Assembly: GCA_041662965.1 (NCBI GenBank)
Contig: JBAZRI010000001.1
Coordinates: 163,680-227,679, forward strand
Length of the DNA stretch: 64,000 nt
Direction: 5' to 3'
Source of the DNA: Patescibacteria group bacterium
Lineage (GTDB): Bacteria; Patescibacteriota; Patescibacteriia; Patescibacteriales; GWC2-42-12
The position numbers and the translations under genes were made by a program. This document shows, piece after piece, positions 17,133-25,004 of the stretch (position 1 is its first letter; every line of letters starts with the position of its first letter). The notes below the pieces were generated by a model that searched no databases, was not told where the DNA came from, and saw nothing but the letters and a program-made list of their open reading frames with translations.

Positions 17133-18854
17133 TTATTCTTTAGTTACTCTCATAATTTCTTCAATCGTGGTAATGCCGTTTTTGGCTTTAATAAATCCGT
17201 CCTCAATGATAGTAAGCATATTTTGCTTTTCCGCTTGTTTTTTAAGCTCGGACGGCGAAGCTTTTCTTAAAATCAATTCCGACATTTCCTTGGTGACTTC
17301 TAAAACTTCGTAGATGCCAAGCCGGCCCTTATAGCCGGAGTTGGAGCATTGTTTGCAGCCTTTGCCCCGATAAAACAGCAAAGCTTCTATGCCTTGCTTG
17401 GCGTTAACAATAATTTTCTTTTCTTCAAGCGTCCGCATGATATTTTCCAGATCAAGCTGCTGCTTTAATTCAATTACGGTTTGCTTATCTAATTTAAAGC
17501 TTTGGATGCAATTGGGACAGATTTTTCTGACTAATCTTTGGGCGATTATGATGTTAGTGGTTGAAGCCACTAAAAAGGCCGGTATGCCCATGTCGGAGAG
17601 GCGGGGCAGGGTGGTTACGGCGTCGTTAGTATGCAAAGTTGACAGCACTAAATGGCCGGTCATGGCGGCATGGATGGCGATTTCGGCGGTTTCCTGGTCG
17701 CGGATTTCTCCGACCATAATAATATTCGGGTCTTGCCTTAAAAAAGCTCTTAAACCGGCGGCGAAAGTATAGCCGATTTTCGGGTTGACTTGGGATTGGT
17801 TGACGCGCGGCATGCGGTATTCAATCGGATCTTCAATAGTCATAATATTGACTTCCGGCGTGTTTAAAATATTCATGACCGTGTAAAGCGTTGTGGTTTT
17901 TCCCGAACCGGTAGGCCCGGTTACTAAAATCATGCCATGCGGCTTGGCAATATTCCTTTTGACAGATTCTAAAGCTGAAGGCTGAAGCCCTAATTGCTCT
18001 AAAGTTAAAACTTGGGCTTTTTCGCTTAAGAGGCGCATGACGATTTTTTCTCCGTCAAAAGTCGGAATAATAGAAACTCTGAAAGAAACTTTATATTCTT
18101 TGGCGCTTATTTTAAAGCGACCGTCTTGCGGCAAGCGATGTTCGTCAACTTTTAAGTTAGCCAATATTTTTATGCGGGCGATAATTCCCGGCTGGACGTT
18201 TTTCGGCAAGGTCATGACCGTTCTTAAAATGCCATCAACGCGGTAGCGCGCTATGATATCTTTTTCTTCCGGCTCAATATGAATATCCGACGCGCCTTCG
18301 AAAATCGCGTATTCCAAGAGCGTATCAACGATTCTGACAATCGGCAGATTTTCCGCTAATTTTTTAAGATTTTCATCGCTGTCGTTTATTTTGGTATCGG
18401 CCAATTCTTTGAATTCGGCCTTTAAGCTTTTATGGTATTGCTTTACGGTTTCCTTAAGGCTTTCCGGGGTGGTTAAATAAATAACCGGCTTTAAATTGGT
18501 TTTTTTTCTGATAAATTCAAAAATTTCAATATTTTCCGGGTCTAAAGTGGCAATTTTTATTTCTTTATCATCAGAGGCGAAAGCGATTATTTGATGAGTC
18601 GCAGCGATAGGCTCCGGGATGCTGAATAAAACATCTTTTCTGATAATCTGGTCTTTTAAATTGATAAAAGGCACTTTAAAGTAGTTGGCCGCGTCTTCAT
18701 ATAAAGAGCTGGCGGTTGTTATCTTTTTTTCAATTAAATAATTTTCCAGAGTTTTGCCGTATTTTTCCGCTTCCGCGGAAAATTTTTCAAATTCTTCCGG
18801 CGGCATGATATCGGATTTTTCCAGTATTTTTTTTAGTTGTTGGTTTGACAGCAT
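17133..18854 (-). CDS. pilB: PilB / GspE-family pilus extension ATPase
   Basis: Walker A GPTGSGKTT, Asp box, Walker B IIMVGEIRD, His box, and a tetracysteine CPNC...CKQC. The track start at 18884 is a TTG, and ATG 18854 (MLSNQQ) is more likely. Confidence 0.93.
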   Translation of the reverse strand: MLSNQQLKKILEKSDIMPPEEFEKFSAEAEKYGKTLENYLIEKKITTASSLYEDAANYFKVPFINLKDQIIRKDVLFSIPEPIAATHQIIAFASDDKEIKIATLDPENIEIFEFIRKKTNLKPVIYLTTPESLKETVKQYHKSLKAEFKELADTKINDSDENLKKLAENLPIVRIVDTLLEYAIFEGASDIHIEPEEKDIIARYRVDGILRTVMTLPKNVQPGIIARIKILANLKVDEHRLPQDGRFKISAKEYKVSFRVSIIPTFDGEKIVMRLLSEKAQVLTLEQLGLQPSALESVKRNIAKPHGMILVTGPTGSGKTTTLYTVMNILNTPEVNIMTIEDPIEYRMPRVNQSQVNPKIGYTFAAGLRAFLRQDPNIIMVGEIRDQETAEIAIHAAMTGHLVLSTLHTNDAVTTLPRLSDMGIPAFLVASTTNIIIAQRLVRKICPNCIQSFKLDKQTVIELKQQLDLENIMRTLEEKKIIVNAKQGIEALLFYRGKGCKQCSNSGYKGRLGIYEVLEVTKEMSELILRKASPSELKKQAEKQNMLTIIEDGFIKAKNGITTIEEIMRVTKE

Positions 18855-18993
18855 GTAATTATTTAAAAAGGTTAAGTAGCGCAATCAAAGAAGATTTAGT
18901 CTAATCATATTATAACATAAAATTATAAATTAAGTAAACAATAGTCCGGGATAAGGGATTTATTTTTAAGCAAAAGTATGTTAAGTTAAATAT

Positions 18994-19407
18994 ATGGCGA
19001 TTGACGGCCAGAAAATACTGAATTATATATATTTTAGCCGCGAAAAATTGGCCCAAGCAGTTTTTGGCCTGGTTAGTTTTATGTTTGTCAAAATATATCT
19101 GCTGTTTCTGCTGGCTTTAAATATTATTAACTGGCTGCTGGCTTTTTATGTTAATAATAATGTAAGCCAAAATTTAGTGGTTTTACATTATAATGTGAAT
19201 TTGGGCGTAAATTTAATCGGCGACGCTAAAGATATTTATATTATTCCGACTTTAGGGCTGGCTTTTATCATTATTAATTTTATATTGCTTTTAAATATTT
19301 TTAGAAAAAATAATTTTTTAATTCATTTATTGCTGGGGTTTTCTCTGCTGATTAACTTATTTTTAATCGCCGGCACTTTGGCTATTTATTCAGTTAATTT
19401 CAGATAA
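18994..19407 (+). CDS. Hypothetical polytopic membrane protein
   Basis: 137 aa with 3-4 hydrophobic helices, located upstream of mraY. Confidence 0.5.
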   Translation: MAIDGQKILNYIYFSREKLAQAVFGLVSFMFVKIYLLFLLALNIINWLLAFYVNNNVSQNLVVLHYNVNLGVNLIGDAKDIYIIPTLGLAFIIINFILLLNIFRKNNFLIHLLLGFSLLINLFLIAGTLAIYSVNFR

Positions 19408-19420
19408 AACAATAAAAATT

Positions 19421-20470
19421 ATGTTTGACTTTTATATTATCAAAGTTTTGCTTTTAACCGCCTTGGCTTTTGTGGTTGCTATTTTTTGGACGCCTTTACT
19501 GACTCATTATTTGTATAAATATAATCTGGGCAAGAAAATTAGAGCCAACGGCTCGACGCCGATTTATTCTAAAATGCATGCCCATAAAGACGGCACGCCG
19601 ACCATGGGCGGCATTTTAATTTGGCTGACGGTTTTAATTCTGGCGCTGATGTTTTATTATCTGCCGAAAATTTTTTCCGCGGATATTTTCAGCTATCTTA
19701 ATTTTCTGTCCCGCAAGGAGACGCTCTTGCCTTTAGGCGCTTTGGTAGCGACGGCCTTAATCGGCTTGGTTGATGATTGGCTGGACGTTAGGGGTAAAGG
19801 CATTCTGGGCGGCGGCGGTTTGAAAGTAAGGCATCGCTTATTGATTTACACCATTATCGCTTGCTTTGGCGCTTTATGGTTTTATTTTAAATTGGGCTGG
19901 GACGTTTTTCATGTGCCGTTTCTCGGCGATTATCAAATGGGCTGGCCGTATATGCTGATTTTTATTTTTGTTTTAGTGGCTACGGCTTTTTCGGTTAATG
20001 AAACCGACGGCCTTGATGGTTTGGCCGGCGGCGTTTTGCTTTTTTGTTTCGCCGCTTTCGGCGTGATTGCTTTTTCTACCGGTAAATATGATTTAGCCGC
20101 TTTTTGCGGCGTGATCGTCGGCGCTTTATTGGCTTTTTTATGGTTTAACATCAACCCGGCCAGATTTTATATGGGCGATACCGGCGCCATGAGTTTAGGC
20201 ATTACTTTAGGCGTCATCGCCATGCTGACTAATTCGGCCTTGATTTTGCCGGTTATCGGCTTGGTTTTCGTTATAGAATCTTTTTCCGTCATCATCCAGC
20301 AATTATCCAAGAAAATCAGAGGAAAAAAAATCTTTATTTCTTCGCCGATTCATCATCATCTGGAAGCCATCGGCTGGAGCGAGCCTAAAATCGTTATGCG
20401 CTTCTGGGTGATCGCCGGCGTCAGCGCGGCCATGGGGCTGGTGGTATTTTTATTGGACAAGACAATGTAA
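19421..20470 (+). CDS. mraY: Phospho-N-acetylmuramoyl-pentapeptide transferase
   Basis: MraY motifs: GLVDDWLDV, NETDGLDGLA, GDTGAMSLG, PIHHHLE. Confidence 0.95.
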   Translation: MFDFYIIKVLLLTALAFVVAIFWTPLLTHYLYKYNLGKKIRANGSTPIYSKMHAHKDGTPTMGGILIWLTVLILALMFYYLPKIFSADIFSYLNFLSRKETLLPLGALVATALIGLVDDWLDVRGKGILGGGGLKVRHRLLIYTIIACFGALWFYFKLGWDVFHVPFLGDYQMGWPYMLIFIFVLVATAFSVNETDGLDGLAGGVLLFCFAAFGVIAFSTGKYDLAAFCGVIVGALLAFLWFNINPARFYMGDTGAMSLGITLGVIAMLTNSALILPVIGLVFVIESFSVIIQQLSKKIRGKKIFISSPIHHHLEAIGWSEPKIVMRFWVIAGVSAAMGLVVFLLDKTM

Positions 20471-20526
20471 AAATATACAACATGATGGTTGAGCTAAATT
20501 TATAAAATTTAGCTCAACCAATTATT

Positions 20527-21660
20527 ATGAATTCATTAATAAGCCTATTAAATAAATTAATTAATTACAAAGGCGAGCATGAATCAGACAGGCCGCTTGT
20601 TTTTATAGTCGGCGCCATAGTTATTTTCGGCCTGATTATGCTTTCCAGCGCTTCATCGGTTATGGCTTACAGCGCCCATCAGGACAGCTATTATTTTTTT
20701 AAGCATCAGCTCTTCGGCCTGGTTTTGGGCTTGGCGGCCGCTTGGTTTTTTTCGCGCGTTGATTATCAGCTTTGGCGCAAATACGCTTTATGGATGTTAA
20801 TCGCTTCTATCGGCCTTTTGCTTTTGGTTTTTATTCCCGGCCTGGCCGGCACCTGGGGTACGTCTCGGAGCTGGATTAATGTTTTCGGTTTTTCCTTGCA
20901 GCCCGCTGAATTCGTTAAAATAACTTTTCTTTTATATTTGGCGGCCTGGCTGGAGGGCCGGAAAAAACAGTTGGCCGAGGTGTCGCGCGGCATCGGGCCG
21001 TTTGTGGTTATTTTGGGGGTTATCGCAATGCTCATGATATTACAGCCGGATATGGGCACTTTAACTATTATCGCTTTAGCCTCGCTGGCGGTTTATTTTA
21101 TCGGCGGCGGCAGTATCAAACATTTGATAGTTTTAATTTTGCTGGGGCTCTTAGCTTTAATTATCATGGTAAACGTTTATCCTTATCAGGCCAATCGGTT
21201 TAAGTGCCTTTTAGATCCGTCTTTTTCCAAAGAGGAAATTTGTTATCAGGTCAATCAATCTTTAATCGCCGTTGGTTCCGGTGGTTTTTGGGGGCGGGGA
21301 TTAGGCGCTTCCAGACAGAAATTTTTTTATTTGCCGCAGGCGCAAAACGACGCTATTTTTCCGATTATCAGCGAAGAAATCGGTTTTGTTTTTTCCGTAG
21401 GCTTGATTTTATTATATTTGGCTTTATTTTTTAGGGGTGTGGTTATCGCTAAAAAAGCGCCGGATGATTTCGGTAAGATTTTAGCCATCGGCATAGTCAG
21501 CTGGATTGTTATGCAGGCCTTGATAAATATTGGCGGCATGGTTAATATTATGCCCATGACCGGTGTGCCTTTGCCTATGGTAAGCTACGGCGGTTCGGCC
21601 ATGCTTGTGGCCCTGGCTTCGGTCGGCATATTGATTAATATCAGCAAGCAGACGAGGTAG
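20527..21660 (+). CDS. ftsW: SEDS-family peptidoglycan polymerase (FtsW/RodA)
   Basis: Multi-TM protein with QPAEFVKI, LQPDMGT, FYLPQAQNDAIF and SYGGSAML. Confidence 0.9.
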   Translation: MNSLISLLNKLINYKGEHESDRPLVFIVGAIVIFGLIMLSSASSVMAYSAHQDSYYFFKHQLFGLVLGLAAAWFFSRVDYQLWRKYALWMLIASIGLLLLVFIPGLAGTWGTSRSWINVFGFSLQPAEFVKITFLLYLAAWLEGRKKQLAEVSRGIGPFVVILGVIAMLMILQPDMGTLTIIALASLAVYFIGGGSIKHLIVLILLGLLALIIMVNVYPYQANRFKCLLDPSFSKEEICYQVNQSLIAVGSGGFWGRGLGASRQKFFYLPQAQNDAIFPIISEEIGFVFSVGLILLYLALFFRGVVIAKKAPDDFGKILAIGIVSWIVMQALINIGGMVNIMPMTGVPLPMVSYGGSAMLVALASVGILINISKQTR

Positions 21661-21681
21661 GTGTTTGTCAAAGGGTTGATG

Positions 21682-21784
21682 CTCAGTTTGAGAAAAATTA
21701 TTTTTTCAGCTTAGACGAAATTTGGGCTTCCTGCGGTCGCTACAATTTCGTATGCGCGATAAAAATAATTTTTCTCAAACTGAG
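21682..21784. repeat. MITE-like palindromic element, family with 31520-31618
   Basis: Terminal inverted repeats ctcagtttgagaaaaattatttt / aaaataatttttctcaaactgag. The core ttagacgaaattt...ggtcgctacaatttcgtatgcgcgataaaaataattttt is about 90% identical to the second copy. Confidence 0.8.
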
Positions 21785-21803
21785 CGAGGCAATCTCGTTA
21801 TTT

Positions 21804-21828
21804 GTCATTCCCGCGTAGGCGGGAATCC
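21804..21828. repeat. Short GC palindrome (gtcattcccgcgtaggcgggaatcc)
   Basis: Hairpin attcccgc/gcgggaat. An analogous unit lies at 31630-31655. Confidence 0.7.
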
Positions 21829-21866
21829 AGGGGTTAGACGCAATAATGCTGATTTATTAATTTTAT

Positions 21867-22433
21867 ATGACAAAATATATTTTGCATGGCGGGGCCGCTA
21901 AGAAAGATACCATAGCTAATAAAAATTTTTTCTTTGAAATAGCTAATAATTTGCCGGATTCTAATAATATTCTTATCGTTTGTTATGCCAAAGAAAAAGA
22001 CAGTTGGCAGGAAGAGTTAGGAAAAGACAGACATAGGTTTTTCTCCGCCGCGCCGCAAAAGGCTTTTGATTTAATTTTAGCCGATGAAAATGCGAGCGTT
22101 TTTATTGAACAAATAAAACAGGCTGACGCAATTTATATGTGCGGCGGTAACACAAGTATTTTAAAAAAATATTTAGAGAAAATATCAAATTTAGAAAATT
22201 TATGGAAAGATAAAATTGTAGCCGGTTCATCGGCCGGCGCGTTGGTTTTGGCAAAATATTATTATGAAAACGACGATGACGCTTATGATAAAGGTCTAGG
22301 CATTCTGCCGCTAAAAATTATTTGCCATTACACGGAAGAACTAGCGGATAAACTTGAGCGATTAAAAAGGTATGGCGGAAAATTTGAAGTGCGGGTTATT
22401 CCCGAAGAAAAGTTTTTGATTATTGAGAGATAA
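21867..22433 (+). CDS. Peptidase S51 (dipeptidase E-like) family protein
   Basis: IYMCGGNT and the nucleophile elbow VAGSSAGALV are typical of S51 / class I amidotransferase-like folds. Confidence 0.65.
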   Translation: MTKYILHGGAAKKDTIANKNFFFEIANNLPDSNNILIVCYAKEKDSWQEELGKDRHRFFSAAPQKAFDLILADENASVFIEQIKQADAIYMCGGNTSILKKYLEKISNLENLWKDKIVAGSSAGALVLAKYYYENDDDAYDKGLGILPLKIICHYTEELADKLERLKRYGGKFEVRVIPEEKFLIIER

Positions 22434-22451
22434 ATACTCGGTTTATATTTT

Positions 22452-23573
22452 ATGAATAATATAAATAAAAAAATTTATAAAATTTTATTAACCGGCGGTG
22501 GGACCGGCGGGTCGGTGGCGCCGCTTTTGGCCGTGGTGGAGGAGTTGAAAAATCAAGACGTCGGACGTCTTGAAAGACGTCCGACGTCTGGGGATTTTGA
22601 ATTTTTCTGGCTGGGTACGAAATTCGGTCCGGAACGTGAGATGGTGGAAAAGGCTGGTATTAAGTTTAAGGCGATAAGCGGCGGAAAATGGCGCAGATAT
22701 TTTTCTTTGAAAAATTTAGTTGATATTATTAAAATTAAACTGGGTTTTTTTCAGGCGTTATTCATCATGCTGAAATCACGGCCGGATTTGGTAATGAGCG
22801 CCGGCAGTTTTATTAGTGTGCCCGTGATCTGGGCGGCTTGGCTCCTCGGCGTGCCGGTTTTAATCCATCAGCAAGACATAATTCCCGGCTTGGCCAATAA
22901 GCTGATGGCGCCGTTTGCTAAAGCTATAACCGTAACTTTTGAAAAATCTTTAGCCGATTACGGGAAAAAAGCGGTGTGGATCGGCAATCCGACTAGAAAA
23001 AATTTTCAATTTTCCCTGCACAAGGCAGGACAAGCAATTTTCAATTTTCAATTAAATGCTAATTTGCCTGTTGTATTAATTGTGGGTGGCGGAACTGGAG
23101 CGGAAGCAATTAATAATCTAGCGTTCGAAAGCCTAGATGAATTTACGAAGTTTTGCCAGATTATTCACATAACAGGCAAAGACAAGGGGGTATTGAATGA
23201 TAATATTGCGAATTACAAAAAATACGAATTTCTTGACGCCGAAAAAATGGCGGGCGTACTGAATGCGGCGGATTTGGTGGTGACGCGCGCCGGGCTGGGG
23301 TTTTTATCCGAGTTGTCTTATTTAGGCAAGCCGTCTATAATTATTCCCATGCCGGATTCGCATCAGGAAGCCAACGCCGAGTTTTTTAAAAGTAAAAAAG
23401 CCGCGATTGTGGTTGATCAGAAATATTTAACCGCCGAAAGCTTTACCCACATGATAAAAGATCTGCTGTCTGATGAAAAATTGCGCGGCCGGCTGGCGGT
23501 AAACATGAAAAACGCCATGAAACAAGGGGCGAGCGAGGAAATGGTAAAAATTATTAAAAGTTTGTTTAAATAA
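22452..23573 (+). CDS. murG: UDP-GlcNAc:lipid I GlcNAc transferase
   Basis: LTGGGTGGSVAPLLAV, IGNPTR, VGGGTGA and VVTRAGLGFLSEL. Confidence 0.92.
   Translation: MNNINKKIYKILLTGGGTGGSVAPLLAVVEELKNQDVGRLERRPTSGDFEFFWLGTKFGPEREMVEKAGIKFKAISGGKWRRYFSLKNLVDIIKIKLGFFQALFIMLKSRPDLVMSAGSFISVPVIWAAWLLGVPVLIHQQDIIPGLANKLMAPFAKAITVTFEKSLADYGKKAVWIGNPTRKNFQFSLHKAGQAIFNFQLNANLPVVLIVGGGTGAEAINNLAFESLDEFTKFCQIIHITGKDKGVLNDNIANYKKYEFLDAEKMAGVLNAADLVVTRAGLGFLSELSYLGKPSIIIPMPDSHQEANAEFFKSKKAAIVVDQKYLTAESFTHMIKDLLSDEKLRGRLAVNMKNAMKQGASEEMVKIIKSLFK
22556..22589. repeat. Perfect 15-bp-arm hairpin inside the murG coding sequence
   Basis: agacgtcggacgtct-tgaa-agacgtccgacgtct. The same arms recur in an intergenic position at 31691-31723. 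Confidence 0.9.
23001..23053. repeat. aattttc-repeat / GC-hairpin element inside murG
   Basis: aattttcaattttc + cctgcacaaggcagg + aattttcaattttcaatt. The same heptamer repeats occur at 59913-59950. Confidence 0.6.
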
Positions 23574-23580
23574 AAATTAA

Positions 23581-23703
23581 TTGTCATTGCGAGGAGTCTC
23601 GTACTCGAGACGACGCGGCAATCTTTGGTTAAGTTCCGAGTACGTGAGATTGCCTGCCTACCGGTAGGCAGGCTTCGCTCCCTCCGGTCGCTCGCAATGA
23701 CAA
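23581..23703. repeat. MITE-like element with gtcattgcgag / ctcgcaatgac termini
   Basis: 13-bp terminal inverted repeats, an inner ggcaatct/agattgcc pair, and a perfect 22-bp palindrome gcctgcctaccggtaggcaggc. Same family as 33891-33995. Confidence 0.85.
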
Positions 23704-23716
23704 ACTGTAGTAGTTT

Positions 23717-25000
23717 ATGAAAAATTGCGATTTAATTATCAAAGGAAAATATATTCTGCCCATGGATGATAAATTATCCGTCATAAAAGACGGTTTTGTT
23801 GCCGTGTCAAAAAATAAAATATCGGCCGTGGGCGCGGTTGCGGAAATGAAAGATTTTAAGACCAAAGAAATAATTGACGCCGGCAATTCCATTATCATGC
23901 CCGGCTTGATAAATACCCATACGCACGCGGCCATGACTTATTTTCGCGGGCTGGCCGACGATTTGCCTTTGGATATTTGGTTGAATAAGCATATTTGGCC
24001 GGCCGAGGCTAAATATGTTAACGCTGAATTCGTCAAACAGGCCGGCGAGCTGGCTTGCTTGGAAATGCTGAAAGCCGGCGTGACAAGCTATAATGATATG
24101 TATTTTTTCGGCCAAGCCATGGCCGAGCCGGCCGAGAAGTCTAACCTAAGAGCTTTAATCGGTATTACAGGAATAGATTTTAAAGATCCTGATAGCGCCC
24201 TGGAAGAAGCGGTCAAGCTATCAAAGCAATATAAAAATAACGAATTTATAAAAATTGTTTTGGCGCCGCACGCCATTTATACTTGCTCAAAAGATAATTT
24301 ATTAAAAATTAAAGCCGCGGCCGAAGCGGAAAATCTGCGCGTTCATATTCATGTCAGCGAAACTAAAAAAGAAGTTGACGATTGCCTGAAAAATAACGGT
24401 AAATCGCCGGTTGAATATTTAGACGAGCTGGGCCTGCTGTCGGAAAAATTAATCGCCGCGCACAGCGTTTGGCTTTCGGGCAGTGATTTGGAAATTTATA
24501 AAAACCGGGGAGTAAAAGTCGCGCATTGCCCGATCAGCAATATGAAATTAGCCTCGGGCGCGGCTCCGCTTAAGCGGATGCTGGAAATGGGAATAACCGT
24601 CGGTCTGGGCACGGACGGCGCGGCCAGCAACAACACTTTAGATTTATTTTCCGATATGCGCGCTTGCGCCTTACTGCATAAAGTAAATAATTACGACCCG
24701 ACGGCGGTCAGCGCTAAAGAAGTGATTAAAATGGCGACTATTGATGGAGCTAAAGTATTAGGCAGGGAAAAAGAAATCGGTTCGCTGGAAATCGGAAAAA
24801 AAGCCGATATAATCACGATAAATTTAAATAAGCCGCATCTAACGCCGATTTATGATCCATATTCGCATTTGGTTTATTGCGTTAATGGCGAGGATGTGGA
24901 GAATGTGGTTGTAAATGGAAAAGTTATTATGGAAAATAGGGAAGTTAAGACGTTGGATGAAGAAAAAATATTAAAGCAGGCGGGGGAGTTTAAAATATAA
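23717..25000 (+). CDS. mtaD: Amidohydrolase, MTA/SAH deaminase-like
   Basis: PGLINTHTHAAMTYFRGLADDLPL, HVSET and GTDGAASNN are typical of the MtaD / cytosine-guanine deaminase-like subgroup. Confidence 0.8.
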   Translation: MKNCDLIIKGKYILPMDDKLSVIKDGFVAVSKNKISAVGAVAEMKDFKTKEIIDAGNSIIMPGLINTHTHAAMTYFRGLADDLPLDIWLNKHIWPAEAKYVNAEFVKQAGELACLEMLKAGVTSYNDMYFFGQAMAEPAEKSNLRALIGITGIDFKDPDSALEEAVKLSKQYKNNEFIKIVLAPHAIYTCSKDNLLKIKAAAEAENLRVHIHVSETKKEVDDCLKNNGKSPVEYLDELGLLSEKLIAAHSVWLSGSDLEIYKNRGVKVAHCPISNMKLASGAAPLKRMLEMGITVGLGTDGAASNNTLDLFSDMRACALLHKVNNYDPTAVSAKEVIKMATIDGAKVLGREKEIGSLEIGKKADIITINLNKPHLTPIYDPYSHLVYCVNGEDVENVVVNGKVIMENREVKTLDEEKILKQAGEFKI

Positions 25001-25004
25001 GAGT

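Noticed and set aside
23629-23934. The 101-aa minus-strand ORF here, and similar track ORFs at 33714-34025, 31620-31826 and 31811-32071.
   Set aside because: They run through the GC-rich palindromic repeats, giving typical repeat-derived peptides. They overlap well-supported genes or the CIRCE/promoter region, and they lack SD sequences. I treat them as repeat read-through, not genes.
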